DNA of 64,000 nt from Myxococcota bacterium (GTDB taxonomy: Bacteria; Myxococcota_A; UBA9160; UBA6930): the NCBI GenBank assembly GCA_965223705.1, contig OZ245015.1:2592001-2656000 (forward strand), written 5' to 3'. Both the position numbers and the translations under genes were made by a program. Positions within the stretch are counted from its first letter, which is position 1; every line of letters begins with the position of its first letter. The notes under the pieces were generated by a model that was not told the DNA's origin, made no database searches, and was given only the letters and a program-made list of their open reading frames with translations. This document shows positions 47,136 to 57,392 of this stretch, piece by piece.

Positions 47136-47903
47136 TCAGCCCTCCGCCGTGCCTGTTCCGCCCGGGGTGATAAAACTGCGAACCGTGTCGATCGGCACCG
47201 GGAAGACGACGGTCGAGCTGTTCTCCGTCGCGATTTCCGCCAGGGTTTGCAGGTAGCGGAGCTGAATGGCCTCCGGTTGCGTGGACAGCACCCGCGACGC
47301 TTCCGCGAGCCGCTCGGCGGCTTGGAACTCACCCTCGGCGTGGATGACCTTCGAGCGCTTCTCTCGCTCTGCCTCGGCCTGTTTCGCCATCGCGCGCTGC
47401 ATGTCGCTCGGGAGATCGATCTGCTTCACCTCGACGGCGCGTACCTTCACGCCCCACGGCTCGGTTTGCTGATCGATGATCTCTTGAAGCTGGCGGTTGA
47501 TCGCTTCGCGTTCTGCCAAGAGCTCATCGAGCTCGGCTTGACCGCAGACGCTGCGCAGCGTTGTCTGCGACAGCTGAGACGTACCGTAGAGGTAGTTCTC
47601 CACCTGGATAACCGCTTTCTCCGGGTGCAGCACGCGGAAGTACAGCACCGCATTGACCTTCACCGACACGTTGTCACGGGTGATCACTTCTTGGGACGGC
47701 ACGTCCATCACGATCTCGCGCAAGCTCACCCGCACCAGGCGGTCGACACCCGGGATAATCCAGCGGATACCCGCTTCTTTGACGCCGTTGAATCGGCCGA
47801 ACCGGAACACGACGCCCCGCTCGTACTCCTGAAGAATTCGGATGCCGGCGAACAACAGCGCGCCGACGATCCCGACCAGGATGATCGGTGAGAACGAGAT
47901 CAT
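47136..47903 (-). CDS. Slipin/stomatin-like SPFH protein
   Basis: [47 protein letters not shown]. Confidence 0.95.
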   Translation of the reverse strand: MISFSPIILVGIVGALLFAGIRILQEYERGVVFRFGRFNGVKEAGIRWIIPGVDRLVRVSLREIVMDVPSQEVITRDNVSVKVNAVLYFRVLHPEKAVIQVENYLYGTSQLSQTTLRSVCGQAELDELLAEREAINRQLQEIIDQQTEPWGVKVRAVEVKQIDLPSDMQRAMAKQAEAEREKRSKVIHAEGEFQAAERLAEASRVLSTQPEAIQLRYLQTLAEIATENSSTVVFPVPIDTVRSFITPGGTGTAEG

Positions 47904-49279
47904 GAGCCCCCTCCTTGGCGTTCCATTCCGGTCGCCTCTTGCCGACGAACGCGCAGTTCGAGGCCTCGCACTTCGACGGCCTCAATCGATTCTCCGCTCT
48001 CGATCCGCTCGTCGGATCGGGCTTGCCAATACTCTCCGCGGATCGCCACGGTGCCGGTTGGATCGATCACGCTGACGGCCCTGCCCGTCATGCCGATCAT
48101 CTCCGACACCCCGGCGACCTGTGCGCGCCCGAGAGAGCGACCGACGGCGTAGACCACCAGGGCGCCGAACACCGCCATGCCGCCGACGGACGGTACCAAG
48201 ACCGACCAGAAATCGACGTTCAAGTCCGACACCTCCGGGCGATCGAAGAGCATCGAGCCGCCGATCAAGAAGCAGGCGATACCCGCGGCCATCAACGCTC
48301 CGTAGGACGTGAAAAAGAGCTCGGCGACGAACAAGGCGAGCCCCAGGGCGACGAACAGGGCGCCGAACCAAGAGAACGGGAGAATCTGCATCGCGATCAT
48401 CGCGAGGATCAGGCAGAGCGCGCCCGCGACGCCGGGGACGATGAGTCCCGGTTGACTGAACTCGATGTAGAGGCCGATGGCCCCCGCCAGGAGGAGGATC
48501 ATGGCGACGTTGGGATCGACCAAGACGTTGAGGAAGCGCGTCAAGGTCTCCATCGCGACTTCGCGCGTCGGCGCGCCCGCGACCGCCAGAGCCTGCGCGC
48601 CATCCCCGACGTCGACCGTCCTGCCTTCGAGTTGTGCGAGAAGATCCGCCCGGTCGTCGGCGACGAGGTCGATGACGCCGAGCTCGAGGGCTTCGGCGGC
48701 GGTCACGGCGACGGATTCGCGCACCGCCTGTGCCGCCCATTCGACGTTGCGCCCGCGTTCCTTCGCGATCGATTCGATGAACGCGACGAGAAGATTCTCG
48801 GCCTTTTGTGCGCTGTAGTCCGCCGGCTTCTGCTCTTCGCCGTCCTGCGCGGGAGCACCGCCGCCGCCGATACCGACGGGGTGGGCGGCGCCGATGCTCG
48901 ACCCCGGTGCCATGGCCGCGACGTGGCCCGCCATGGTGATGAACGTTCCCGCCGAGCCGGCCCAGGCGCCGCGCGGGGAGACGTAAACCGCGATGGGAAC
49001 CCGCGCGTTCAGCATCGCCTGGATGATGTCCTTCGTCGAAGCGACCAGCCCGCCGGGCGTGTCGAGCTCGATCACCAGGACCGAGGCGCCCTCCTCTTCC
49101 GCCTGGCGGATGGCCTTCTGCAGATAATCCGATGACGCCGGATTGATCGACCCGGCAATCCGGGCCACCAAGACCGGACCGGTCCGCGTGGACGCCGGGG
49201 CCTCGTCTTCGGCCAGCGCCATCAACGCCGGAACCGCAGTGAGGGCGGCGACGAGCCACGCGACCCACCGGCGCTTCAT
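47900..49279 (-). CDS. nfeD: NfeD-family membrane-bound serine protease (long form)
   Basis: [23 protein letters not shown]lpP-like domain, TM region, C-terminal OB fold (GEYWQA). Confidence 0.93.
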   Translation of the reverse strand: MKRRWVAWLVAALTAVPALMALAEDEAPASTRTGPVLVARIAGSINPASSDYLQKAIRQAEEEGASVLVIELDTPGGLVASTKDIIQAMLNARVPIAVYVSPRGAWAGSAGTFITMAGHVAAMAPGSSIGAAHPVGIGGGGAPAQDGEEQKPADYSAQKAENLLVAFIESIAKERGRNVEWAAQAVRESVAVTAAEALELGVIDLVADDRADLLAQLEGRTVDVGDGAQALAVAGAPTREVAMETLTRFLNVLVDPNVAMILLLAGAIGLYIEFSQPGLIVPGVAGALCLILAMIAMQILPFSWFGALFVALGLALFVAELFFTSYGALMAAGIACFLIGGSMLFDRPEVSDLNVDFWSVLVPSVGGMAVFGALVVYAVGRSLGRAQVAGVSEMIGMTGRAVSVIDPTGTVAIRGEYWQARSDERIESGESIEAVEVRGLELRVRRQEATGMERQGGGS

Positions 49280-50475
49280 CGCGTGCCCCGAAGTTTTTCG
49301 ACGCGGTCGAGGATCCTGCCGGCGACTTCGCGCTTGGACATGAGCGGGAGTGCTTCTTCTTCTTCGCCCGGCGAGAGCAGGAGCACCGCGTTTTCGTCGG
49401 TTTCGAAACCGGCGTCGGCGCGACTGATGTCGTTCGCCACCAGGAGATCGCAGCCCTTGCGTTCGAGCTTGCGCCGTGCGGCGGCCGCCAGGTCGGAGCT
49501 CTCGGCCGCGAACCCCACGACCACGCGATCACCGCGGTCGCGCGAGACCTCCTCGAGGATGTCGGGGTTCCGAACCAACGACAGCGTCAGCGTGTCGGAC
49601 TCGAGCGCCTCTTTCTTGATCTTGTCGCGAGCGGTCTCGGCGGGCCGAAAGTCGGCAACCGCCGCGGCCATGACCAGCACCGTGGCGCGTTCGAACTCCG
49701 CGAAAACGGCGTCGCGCATTTCGAGCGCGCGCTGCACGTCGACACGCGTCACGCCGTACGGTGTGGGAAGCGCCGTGGGGGCGCTGATGAGGATGACCTC
49801 GGCGCCCCTGCGAGCCGCTTCTTCCGCGACGGCGTAGCCCATTTTCCCGGAGGAGCGATTGCTCAAGCTGCGGACCGGATCGAGTGGCTCCTGGGTTCCA
49901 CCGGCGGTCACCACGACGCGTTCGCCGGCCCAACTTCGAGGGCCCAGCACGTGCTCGACCGCGGCCGCGATTTCCGACGCTTCCGCCAGACGACCCGCGC
50001 CTTGCCAACCGCAAGCGAGGTCGCCCGCGTCCGGCCCCACGAACTGCACGCCGCGCTCGCGCAGCACACCGGCGTTGGTCCGCGTGGCGGGATGCTCCCA
50101 CATGTTGACGTTCATGGCGGGTGCCATGACGACGGGAGCCCGCGTCGCGAGCAGGACGGTCGAAACCAAGTCGTCGGCGATTCCCGACGCGGCCTTGGCC
50201 ATCAAGTTCGCCGTGGCGGGCGCCACCACGACCACCTCGGCCCAGTCCGCGAGATCGATGTGCCCGATTTGGCGCTCCTCCGTCGGGTCGAGTACTTCGC
50301 TCCGGACTTCTTCCCCGGAGAGGGTCTCGAGCACGAGCGGCGCGACGAACGAACGCGCCGCGGGGGTCGTTGCACAGCGAACGCTGTGGCCCCGTCGCTT
50401 CAGTTCGCGCACCAGACCGGGAATCTTGTAGGCGGCGATCCCTCCGCTGACGAGCAGCAGCACGTGATGTCCCAT
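49276..50475 (-). CDS. coaBC: Phosphopantothenoylcysteine decarboxylase/ligase
   Basis: SGGIAAYK, HIDLA, APATAN, PAMNVNMW, LACG, TAGGT, NRSSGKMG, VGFAAE. Confidence 0.97.
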   Translation of the reverse strand: MGHHVLLLVSGGIAAYKIPGLVRELKRRGHSVRCATTPAARSFVAPLVLETLSGEEVRSEVLDPTEERQIGHIDLADWAEVVVVAPATANLMAKAASGIADDLVSTVLLATRAPVVMAPAMNVNMWEHPATRTNAGVLRERGVQFVGPDAGDLACGWQGAGRLAEASEIAAAVEHVLGPRSWAGERVVVTAGGTQEPLDPVRSLSNRSSGKMGYAVAEEAARRGAEVILISAPTALPTPYGVTRVDVQRALEMRDAVFAEFERATVLVMAAAVADFRPAETARDKIKKEALESDTLTLSLVRNPDILEEVSRDRGDRVVVGFAAESSDLAAAARRKLERKGCDLLVANDISRADAGFETDENAVLLLSPGEEEEALPLMSKREVAGRILDRVEKLRGTR

Positions 50476-50588
50476 TCGGCTCCCCCACGGGCCTCGGGGC
50501 CCGGCTCGCGTCGGTGGCTTCACCGCGACGGTGAAGTGCGAGTGTAGCCGTCCGGGCCCCGGGGTCAGGCCTTCGTGACGGTCGTTGG

Positions 50589-51086
50589 CTATCGCCCGAG
50601 CTTGCTCCGGAGCGCCTCGGCCACGTGGGGCGGCACCCAGGCGTCGATGTCGGTGCCAAAGCGGACCAGCTCCTTCAGCCGGGACGAGCTGACGTAGAGG
50701 TATTCCTGGTCCGTCATCATGAACAGGGTTTCGATGTCGGGGTAGAGGTGCTTGTTCATCAGGGCCATCTCGAACTCGTACTCGAAATCGGCCACGGCGC
50801 GGAGCCCGCGTATCACGACTTTTGCTCCGATTTCCCTCGCGTAGTCGACGAGCAGACCGTTGAACGCTGTGACCCGTACATTGTCGAGACCCGCGCAGGC
50901 CTTCTCGAGGAGAGCGACGCGCTCTTCCACGCTGAACGTTCCCTGCTTCTCGACGTTGTGCGCGACGGCTACGGTGACCTCGGGGAAGGCTTCCCGAGCC
51001 CGGTGCACCAGGTTGAGATGACCGTTGGTCACCGGATCGAAACTCGCGGGAAAGAGGGCCAGTCCCGACCGCAGCTCTGCACTCAT
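50589..51086 (-). CDS. coaD: Pantetheine-phosphate adenylyltransferase
   Basis: FPASFDPVTNGH, IRGLRAVADFEYE, VSSS. Confidence 0.97.
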   Translation of the reverse strand: MSAELRSGLALFPASFDPVTNGHLNLVHRAREAFPEVTVAVAHNVEKQGTFSVEERVALLEKACAGLDNVRVTAFNGLLVDYAREIGAKVVIRGLRAVADFEYEFEMALMNKHLYPDIETLFMMTDQEYLYVSSSRLKELVRFGTDIDAWVPPHVAEALRSKLGR

Positions 51087-51652
51087 CGCTTCTCCTTCAA
51101 TTCACGGGGCGGCCGGAACCGCCGGATCACAGTATCACCGTAGCGCCGCTCGTCCTCTTGAACGAAAGGCGGCAAGACACCTTCCGGGCCCGCGGGGGAG
51201 TGCACCGACCTTTCGAGGACGAGCAGCCCTTCGGGTGTCATCACGTGCCGAAGTTCGTCTGCGAGTCCCTCGTGGGCGCGCGAGGCGTAGGGAGGGTCGA
51301 GGAACGCCAGGTGTGCCCGAACCCCCTCGTCCCGCAGGACGCCGAGAGCCGTGCGTGCGTCGAGCTTGAGGACGCGATACTGCGCCGGCGAAAACAGCGC
51401 GTCGAGGTTGGCGCGAAGAACCTTCGCCGTGCGACCGTCGCGTTCGACGAATACGACGAACGAAGCGCCGCGGGAAAGGGCTTCGGCACCCAACGACCCC
51501 GAGCCGGCGAAAAGATCCAACACGCGACATCCATCGAGATCCCCGAGCGCAGCAAACAGCGCTTCGCGTACGCGGTCCGACGTGGGCCGGACGGAACGAC
51601 CCGACGGAACGCGCAGCTTTCGCCCCGACAATTGTCCTCCGGTGATTCGCAT
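51083..51652 (-). CDS. rsmD: 16S rRNA m2G966 methyltransferase
   Basis: MRITGG, RPTSDRVREALF, LDLFAGSG, EALSRGA, DPPY, YGDT. Confidence 0.96.
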   Translation of the reverse strand: MRITGGQLSGRKLRVPSGRSVRPTSDRVREALFAALGDLDGCRVLDLFAGSGSLGAEALSRGASFVVFVERDGRTAKVLRANLDALFSPAQYRVLKLDARTALGVLRDEGVRAHLAFLDPPYASRAHEGLADELRHVMTPEGLLVLERSVHSPAGPEGVLPPFVQEDERRYGDTVIRRFRPPRELKEKR

Positions 51653-51806
51653 CGCGCAGAAAATTCTCCTCGTCGAAAAAACCTTTGCCGCAATCCGAAT
51701 AGCTCGCTTACTATGCGCGTCCTCTCGGAACGTACCAACGCACGCAAGTGTCGAACGCCCCAACCTCGATGCGACCCAGACCGAGGGAAACGCACGAACG
51801 GAGATC

Positions 51807-52046
51807 ATGCCGGTGGCTTCCATCGAACGGCAGAAAAGAAAACTACCCGAGCGTCTCGCATTGGTTCGAGGCGAGCGATCCCAGCGTCAATTCGCCCGGG
51901 ACCTCGGCGTCTTTCAGCAAAACGTCAATCGCTACGAGAGCGGGACGACTCCGCACGCGGACTTCTTGATGCGTCTCGCCGTGAAAGAAGGCATCTCCCT
52001 CGACTGGCTGCTGCTCGGCAAGGGCCGGATGCGCCGAAGTCGCTGA
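51807..52046 (+). CDS. Small XRE/CI-like HTH protein
   Basis: RL..VRG..SQRQFARDLGV.QQNVNRYE.G..P...ISLDWLLLGKG; GGAG RBS; possible TTGCCG-N18-TACTAT promoter at 51685-51714. Confidence 0.8.
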   Translation: MPVASIERQKRKLPERLALVRGERSQRQFARDLGVFQQNVNRYESGTTPHADFLMRLAVKEGISLDWLLLGKGRMRRSR

Positions 52047-52214
52047 GCGGTTCCGCCCCGGGATAACGCCACCTTCCGTCAGGTGGTAACGCGTTACCCA
52101 TACTACCGGTCGCGGGCGTCCGCACCGAGTAGCAACTGTCGCAACAACCCGCCGTAACGCATGATGTCTGCACACCTCGGCGCCGAGGGCATCCTTCTTG
52201 CCCTTAGCGACGGC

Positions 52215-52550
52215 ATGGGTTGGTTGATCTCTCTGGTCGTCCTGGTATCGGCTGCCGATCATTGGACCACGTATCTGTGCCTGCGCGCTCCCGTCTCCGG
52301 ATGGATTGTCACCGAAGCAAACCCCGTTGCGGATTGGTTGTTCGGGCAGTTCGGTCTCGTTGAAGGGCTGTTGATCGACAGCCTGATCACGTTGGCGGCG
52401 CTCTTGGTCCTCTACCGTACGAATCGCGTTCCACACGCCGCGAAATGCGCGTTCCTCACCGCAGTTGCGATGGGCACGGGCTATGCGGTGCTCAACAATC
52501 TAGGCGCCATCCACCAGCTGGGACTCGGGACGCTCGTCGCGGGCGGCTAG
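52215..52550 (+). CDS. Small membrane protein (DUF5658-like)
   Basis: D..TT.L.L.....EANP...LF pattern with 3 TM; start uncertain (52161 or 52215). Confidence 0.65.
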   Translation: MGWLISLVVLVSAADHWTTYLCLRAPVSGWIVTEANPVADWLFGQFGLVEGLLIDSLITLAALLVLYRTNRVPHAAKCAFLTAVAMGTGYAVLNNLGAIHQLGLGTLVAGG

Positions 52551-52558
52551 CTTTCCCG

Positions 52559-54046
52559 CTACCCGCCGTGCTCGTGCAAGGCGAGCGCGAAACGATCGAG
52601 CGCGCGCATGACCGCCGTGGCGTCTGGGCCGGCCCGATTCACCATCGCCGAGAAGACCAACAGGTCGCCGTCGCGGGTCTCGACATAGCCGGACAGGCCC
52701 GAGACGCCGTTCAGAAGACCGGTCTTCGCCCGTAGCGCTTCGCCGACGGACTTCGCCCGATCTTTCAACGTTCCGTCGGAACCTCCGATCGGCAAACCGG
52801 AAATGAACTCCGAGCCCCATGTGAAAGAGGTCCGGGCGGCCCGCAGCGCGCCGACGAGAGTCCGCGGCGAAACGCGGTTCTCACGAGAAAGTCCCGAACC
52901 GTCGACCCAGACCGTTTTTCCGAGATCGATGCCGCGGCCGACGAGTTCTGCGCGCGCCGCGCGAACGCCTTTCTCCCACGTCCCGGGGACACCGTGTGCG
53001 TCGGCGCCCATGGCTTTGAGCAGCGTCTCGCCGATCGCGTTGTTGCTCCACTTGAGAAAGCGCCGCACCGCCGTCGCAACGGAGGGGCCCTCGAACTCGT
53101 AGAGGGGCGCCTCACAATCGGCCGCACCTTCGCGGGCCTGACCGTCGACGCGGATCCCGTGGCCGCGGAGCTGTTCGAGGAAAACGGCACCGGCGTAGCC
53201 GACCGGATCCGCGACGCTTCGCGCGAACCGCCTCGCCTGGGCCCTTCTCGACAACTGGCCGCTCACGGAAACGGTCTCGCCCGGTGCTGCGAGCGCGCGT
53301 TCGACGCGGAGTCGCGACGAGCCGGCGACGACCTGCGCGCGGTTCGCGACCCGGAAGTACGAGAGCGGCGGGTCGACGCGCACCGCAGGCGCCTCCCCCG
53401 TCCCAGACTCGGACGACACCCACACTTCGAAGGCGCCGTAGTTCGCTCCGAGCGCACTCACCGGCCCGAAGTATGCGCGGCTTGTGACGGCGCCCCAGGA
53501 GGGGTGATGCCGGACGCCGTCAAAGGCGCTGGCATCCAGGATGAGATCCCCGGTGACCCGCTTGAGCCCCCGGGCCCGCAGGTCCGCCGCGAGGCGCCAC
53601 CACTGCTCCGAAGTCAGCAGAGGATCGCCGCTCCCGATGACGCACAGGGCTGCGACGGCGCCACTCGCCGGAAGTGTTGGAGTCGTTTCCACCCGGGTCG
53701 CAAAGCGATGAGCCGGCCCGAAGTGCGAGAGGACCGCGACAGCGGTCAGAACCTTCTGATTCGAGGCGGGGATGAGCGCCCGATCGGGATAGTGCTCGAA
53801 GACCGTACTCCCGTCGCTTGCGCGGACGGCCAAGGCCCCGACGCGTGCGTTCTTGAGGGCGGGCGCCGCCAGGGCCTGTGTCAGAGCCTTCGACGCCGCC
53901 GGCTCAAGTTCCCCCCGTGCCTGGGTCGATGCCGCCTGACAGGCGGTGCCTCCCAGGCCGGCGAGCCCGAGAAGCGCCGCGTATCCACCGATCGCGGCGA
54001 GCCGGCCGATGCGCGCGGTCCGGCGGCTTGACGCTAGCGGGCTTAT
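52559..54046 (-). CDS. dacB: D-alanyl-D-alanine carboxypeptidase/endopeptidase (PBP4, peptidase S13)
   Basis: PASNQK (SxxK), GSGDP, WSNN (SxN), DGSGLSR, AKTG; start codon not resolved. Confidence 0.93.
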   Translation of the reverse strand: MSPLASSRRTARIGRLAAIGGYAALLGLAGLGGTACQAASTQARGELEPAASKALTQALAAPALKNARVGALAVRASDGSTVFEHYPDRALIPASNQKVLTAVAVLSHFGPAHRFATRVETTPTLPASGAVAALCVIGSGDPLLTSEQWWRLAADLRARGLKRVTGDLILDASAFDGVRHHPSWGAVTSRAYFGPVSALGANYGAFEVWVSSESGTGEAPAVRVDPPLSYFRVANRAQVVAGSSRLRVERALAAPGETVSVSGQLSRRAQARRFARSVADPVGYAGAVFLEQLRGHGIRVDGQAREGAADCEAPLYEFEGPSVATAVRRFLKWSNNAIGETLLKAMGADAHGVPGTWEKGVRAARAELVGRGIDLGKTVWVDGSGLSRENRVSPRTLVGALRAARTSFTWGSEFISGLPIGGSDGTLKDRAKSVGEALRAKTGLLNGVSGLSGYVETRDGDLLVFSAMVNRAGPDATAVMRALDRFALALHEHGG

Positions 54047-54122
54047 CCCCGAGCCTGCGCCGCAGCACAGAAGCCCTCGGACGGCGCGCCACCGTCGGCC
54101 CCTGCCCCCCGCAGGAGCATTC

Positions 54123-55430
54123 TTGGTTCTCAATTGGATCTGGCTGGGACTGGTCGTCATCTCCGTCCTTTTCGCCGCATGGACCGGTCGGATGGGGGAT
54201 GTTTCCACCGCATCCCTGCAGAGTGCGAAGGACGCGATCCACCTCGTTATCGGATTGACGGGCGGGATGATCTTTTTTCTCGGTCTCGTCAAGGTCGCGT
54301 CGGACGGCGGACTGCTGCGCGGCATTGTCCGCGCCCTCTCTCCGGTGCTGCGCCGCCTGTTCCCCGACCTACCGCAGGAGCATCCCGCCATGCGCGCGAT
54401 GCTGATGAATTTTGCCGCGAATGTCCTGGGCCTCGGGAACGCCGCTACGCCTTTTGGTCTCAAGGCCATGGTCGAACTGAACCGTGGCAATCCTCACCCG
54501 GGTTCGGCGACGAATGCGATGGCGCTGTTCCTCGCGATCAACACATCGTCGATCGTGCTCCTGCCGCCCACCGGAACCGTCATGGTGCGACTCGCGGCGG
54601 ATTCGGCGGCACCGTTCGCAATTTGGCTCCCCACCCTGTTCGCGACGTTGTGTTCCACGACCGCCGCGATCACAGGCTGCCTCCTCCTCCAGCGCATCCC
54701 CTTCTTTCGACCGCGGCCGCCCCAAGGCGGAGCGGGGGATGTTTCGGTTCCCGACGACCTTCCCGAGCCCGAAGCCCTCGACGCCGCTCCCAGCGAGTCG
54801 CCGGGTTGGCGCAAGCCCGTCGCCTGGCTGGTGATGGCGGCCGTCGTGGTCGGAATCGGCTTCGAGGCGCGCGAGCTCCTGGCGCGCGAAGGCGGAGATG
54901 CCGTCCTCAAGGCGCTCGCGCGCGACTGGGTCCTGCCCCTTCTGATCCTGACCTTCGTTCTCGTCGGGTTCGTGGGCCGTGTACGGGTTTATGAGGCTCT
55001 CGTCGAAGGGGGCAAGGACGGCCTGTCCGTGGCGGTGCGCATCGCCCCTTACCTCGTCGCGATCATGGTCGCGGTCGGAATGTTCCGCGCGTCCGGGGCC
55101 CTGGACTTGCTGGTCGGTGTGCTCGACCCCCTGACGCGACTGATCGGCGTTCCGGCGGAAGCCCTCCCGATGGCTCTCTTGCGACCCCTGTCCGGCTCCG
55201 GCGCCTTTGGCGTGATGGCGGAGATCGTCAACGAGCACGGCCCCGACACCTTCATCGGTTACTTGACGAGTACCCTGCAAGGATCCACAGAGACGACGTT
55301 TTACGTCTTGGCGGTCTACCTCGGAGCCGCGGGGATTCGCGATGCCCGCCATATCTTGCCCGCGTGCCTCATCGGGGATGCCGCCGGCTTCCTGGGCGCC
55401 GTCGCAGCTTGTCACGTGTTCTTCGGATGA
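54123..55430 (+). CDS. spmAB: Fused SpmA-SpmB nucleoside-recognition (Gate) domain membrane protein
   Basis: LNWIW, NVLGLGNAATPFGLKAM, INTSS (SpmA); RPLSGSG, GSTETTFYVLAVY (SpmB); TTG start after AGGAG. Confidence 0.92.
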   Translation: MVLNWIWLGLVVISVLFAAWTGRMGDVSTASLQSAKDAIHLVIGLTGGMIFFLGLVKVASDGGLLRGIVRALSPVLRRLFPDLPQEHPAMRAMLMNFAANVLGLGNAATPFGLKAMVELNRGNPHPGSATNAMALFLAINTSSIVLLPPTGTVMVRLAADSAAPFAIWLPTLFATLCSTTAAITGCLLLQRIPFFRPRPPQGGAGDVSVPDDLPEPEALDAAPSESPGWRKPVAWLVMAAVVVGIGFEARELLAREGGDAVLKALARDWVLPLLILTFVLVGFVGRVRVYEALVEGGKDGLSVAVRIAPYLVAIMVAVGMFRASGALDLLVGVLDPLTRLIGVPAEALPMALLRPLSGSGAFGVMAEIVNEHGPDTFIGYLTSTLQGSTETTFYVLAVYLGAAGIRDARHILPACLIGDAAGFLGAVAACHVFFG

Positions 55431-56431
55431 GCGAAGAAGCAGACGCCTTGCCCGCTGTGGTCCGTCGCGAATTGGGACGTGAGATCGTCGCACGTCGAGA
55501 GCTGGCTCCCGGCCTGGGCTCGCGACGCTTTATCCGGCTATCGCTCGACGCCGCGCCGACGCACGTGATCGCACGTCTCGAGACGCCCCGCGCTTCGACA
55601 GGCGGAGAACCGCCTCTCGAGCCACTTCGCACCATTCTCGAACAGGCCGATCTCCCGGTCCCGAAGCGCTTCGGCGGTGACCCGTCTCGCGGCATCGATC
55701 TCCTCGAGGACGTGGGGGACGAGAACTTGGAAATCCGGTCCGCCCGACTCGATCCCGACGCGTTCGAAGCGCTCATCGCGAGGATCCTCGCGGACCTCCC
55801 CCGGCTGCAGGCCATCACCGGGCCCGCCGATCTTCCCGCGCTGGGTCGGCGGCTCGACAGCGACCTCATCGCGCTGAAGGGCCGTGTGTTCGCGCGTTAC
55901 TCGTTGCGCGGGTCCGCTGATGCCGTCGTGGAAGAGGGCTTCCGGGCGATCGCAGAACGTCTCGCCGGTGCCCCGATGCGCCTGGCCCATCGGGACTTCC
56001 AAAGTCAGAACATTTTCATCCAGCAACGCGAGGGCAAGGCCATCCCGCGTTGGATCGACATTCAAGGCGCGTTTCTCGCACCGCCCGAGTACGACGCCGT
56101 CTGCCTGCTGCGAGACTCCTACCTCGAGTTTCCCGAAGGGTCGGTCTCCCGGCTCATCGCCGGCCTGCGGCCCTCCCTGCCCGATGCGCCGAGCCAGCGC
56201 GCCTTCGCCGAGCGGTTTTCGCTCCTCTCGCTCGCGCGCAAAGGCAAGGACCACGGGCGCTTTCTCGAGGCCGCCCGAAAAAGAGGCGACCGCCGCTACC
56301 TCCGCTACACGCGACGGACGTGGCAATTGGTGCGAGCCGCGGCGAGCGAATGCGCGGGGTTCGATCCACGCCTCGAAAGACTCAACGAGGTCGTTGCCGC
56401 GATGCCGCCCGAGCAGGCGTGCGAGGCCTAG
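55427..56431 (+). CDS. amgK: Anomeric MurNAc/GlcNAc kinase-like phosphotransferase
   Basis: SRRFIR, LLEDVGD, HRDFQSQNI, IDIQGA, YDAVCLLRD; directly upstream of murU-like gene. Confidence 0.75.
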   Translation: MSEEADALPAVVRRELGREIVARRELAPGLGSRRFIRLSLDAAPTHVIARLETPRASTGGEPPLEPLRTILEQADLPVPKRFGGDPSRGIDLLEDVGDENLEIRSARLDPDAFEALIARILADLPRLQAITGPADLPALGRRLDSDLIALKGRVFARYSLRGSADAVVEEGFRAIAERLAGAPMRLAHRDFQSQNIFIQQREGKAIPRWIDIQGAFLAPPEYDAVCLLRDSYLEFPEGSVSRLIAGLRPSLPDAPSQRAFAERFSLLSLARKGKDHGRFLEAARKRGDRRYLRYTRRTWQLVRAAASECAGFDPRLERLNEVVAAMPPEQACEA

Positions 56432-56450
56432 TGGCCGGCGTGGAGCACGC

Positions 56451-57392
56451 ATGCGCGGAATGATCGTCGCCGCGGGACTCGGGACGCGTCTCCGACCGCT
56501 GACCGAGCTGTGCCCCAAGCCAGCCCTCCCGGTCCGGGGCGTTCCCTTGATCGCCTACAACTTGCGGTTGCTCGCAGCGGCGGGCGTCGACGAAGTCGTG
56601 ATCAATACGCATCATCTCCCGGCCATCCTCGAGCGGGAAGCGCGAGCCTGGTGCCCGTCGGGCGTAACGCTGCGATTCTCCTACGAGCGGGAGCTCCTCG
56701 ACACCGGGGGCGGCATCCGTCGGGTCGTCGATTTTCTCCGCGAGAGCGACCCCGCGATCGTGATCGGCGGCGACATGCTCATCGACTTCGATCTCGAGGT
56801 GCTGCTGGCCGCCCATCGCCAGAGCGGCGCGGCGATCTCGACCCTGCTCCTCGACGACCCAAGGGCGTCCCGGTTCGGTACGATCGGAATCGATGATGAC
56901 GGGCGCGTGCGACGCATCGCGAATCGCTTTCGCGCCCGGGGCGCGCCGGAGACGAGGTGCGGCCTCTATACCTGGGTCAACGTGTTCCGCCCCGAGTCCT
57001 ACGACTACATGCCCGAGCGAGATCGATTCAGCCACTTCGACGCGTGGTGGATCCCGGTTATCGAAGCCGACCCGGACGCGGTCCGCGGCTCCCTCGTTTC
57101 GCGAGACACCTGCCGGTGGGAACCCGTGGGAACGCCCGAGGAGTACCTCCAGGTGAACTTCGACGTGCCGCCGCCCGCGTTTTTTGACGTTGCCGCAGAG
57201 GCGGCGCGCACGGGCGCGACACTCCGTCCCGGCCGCGTGGTGGGTCGCGACTGCACCGTCGCCGGCGAAGCCAACCTCGAGCGCGTCGTCGTCTGGGACG
57301 GTCAGCAGGTCCCCCCCGGTCGCTATCGCGACGGCGTCTTTGCCGACGGACGCTTCATCCCGCTCCTCGAGGCGCCGGGAGGGGCCGCGTGA
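56451..57392 (+). CDS. murU: Nucleotidyltransferase, MurU-like
   Basis: MIVAAGLGTRLRPLT..PKP, VINTHHL, LLDTGGGI; adjacency to amgK-like kinase and anmK. Confidence 0.75.
   Translation: MRGMIVAAGLGTRLRPLTELCPKPALPVRGVPLIAYNLRLLAAAGVDEVVINTHHLPAILEREARAWCPSGVTLRFSYERELLDTGGGIRRVVDFLRESDPAIVIGGDMLIDFDLEVLLAAHRQSGAAISTLLLDDPRASRFGTIGIDDDGRVRRIANRFRARGAPETRCGLYTWVNVFRPESYDYMPERDRFSHFDAWWIPVIEADPDAVRGSLVSRDTCRWEPVGTPEEYLQVNFDVPPPAFFDVAAEAARTGATLRPGRVVGRDCTVAGEANLERVVVWDGQQVPPGRYRDGVFADGRFIPLLEAPGGAA

Noticed and set aside
51744..51772. Fifth sigma28-like promoter upstream of the small HTH gene
   Set aside because: GCAAG...TCGATG has mismatches in both boxes and a different spacing from the four pilus-associated copies.
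54123..55430. Evidence for endospore formation from spmAB
   Set aside because: SpmAB homologs occur widely in non-sporulating bacteria; the context here is cell-wall recycling.
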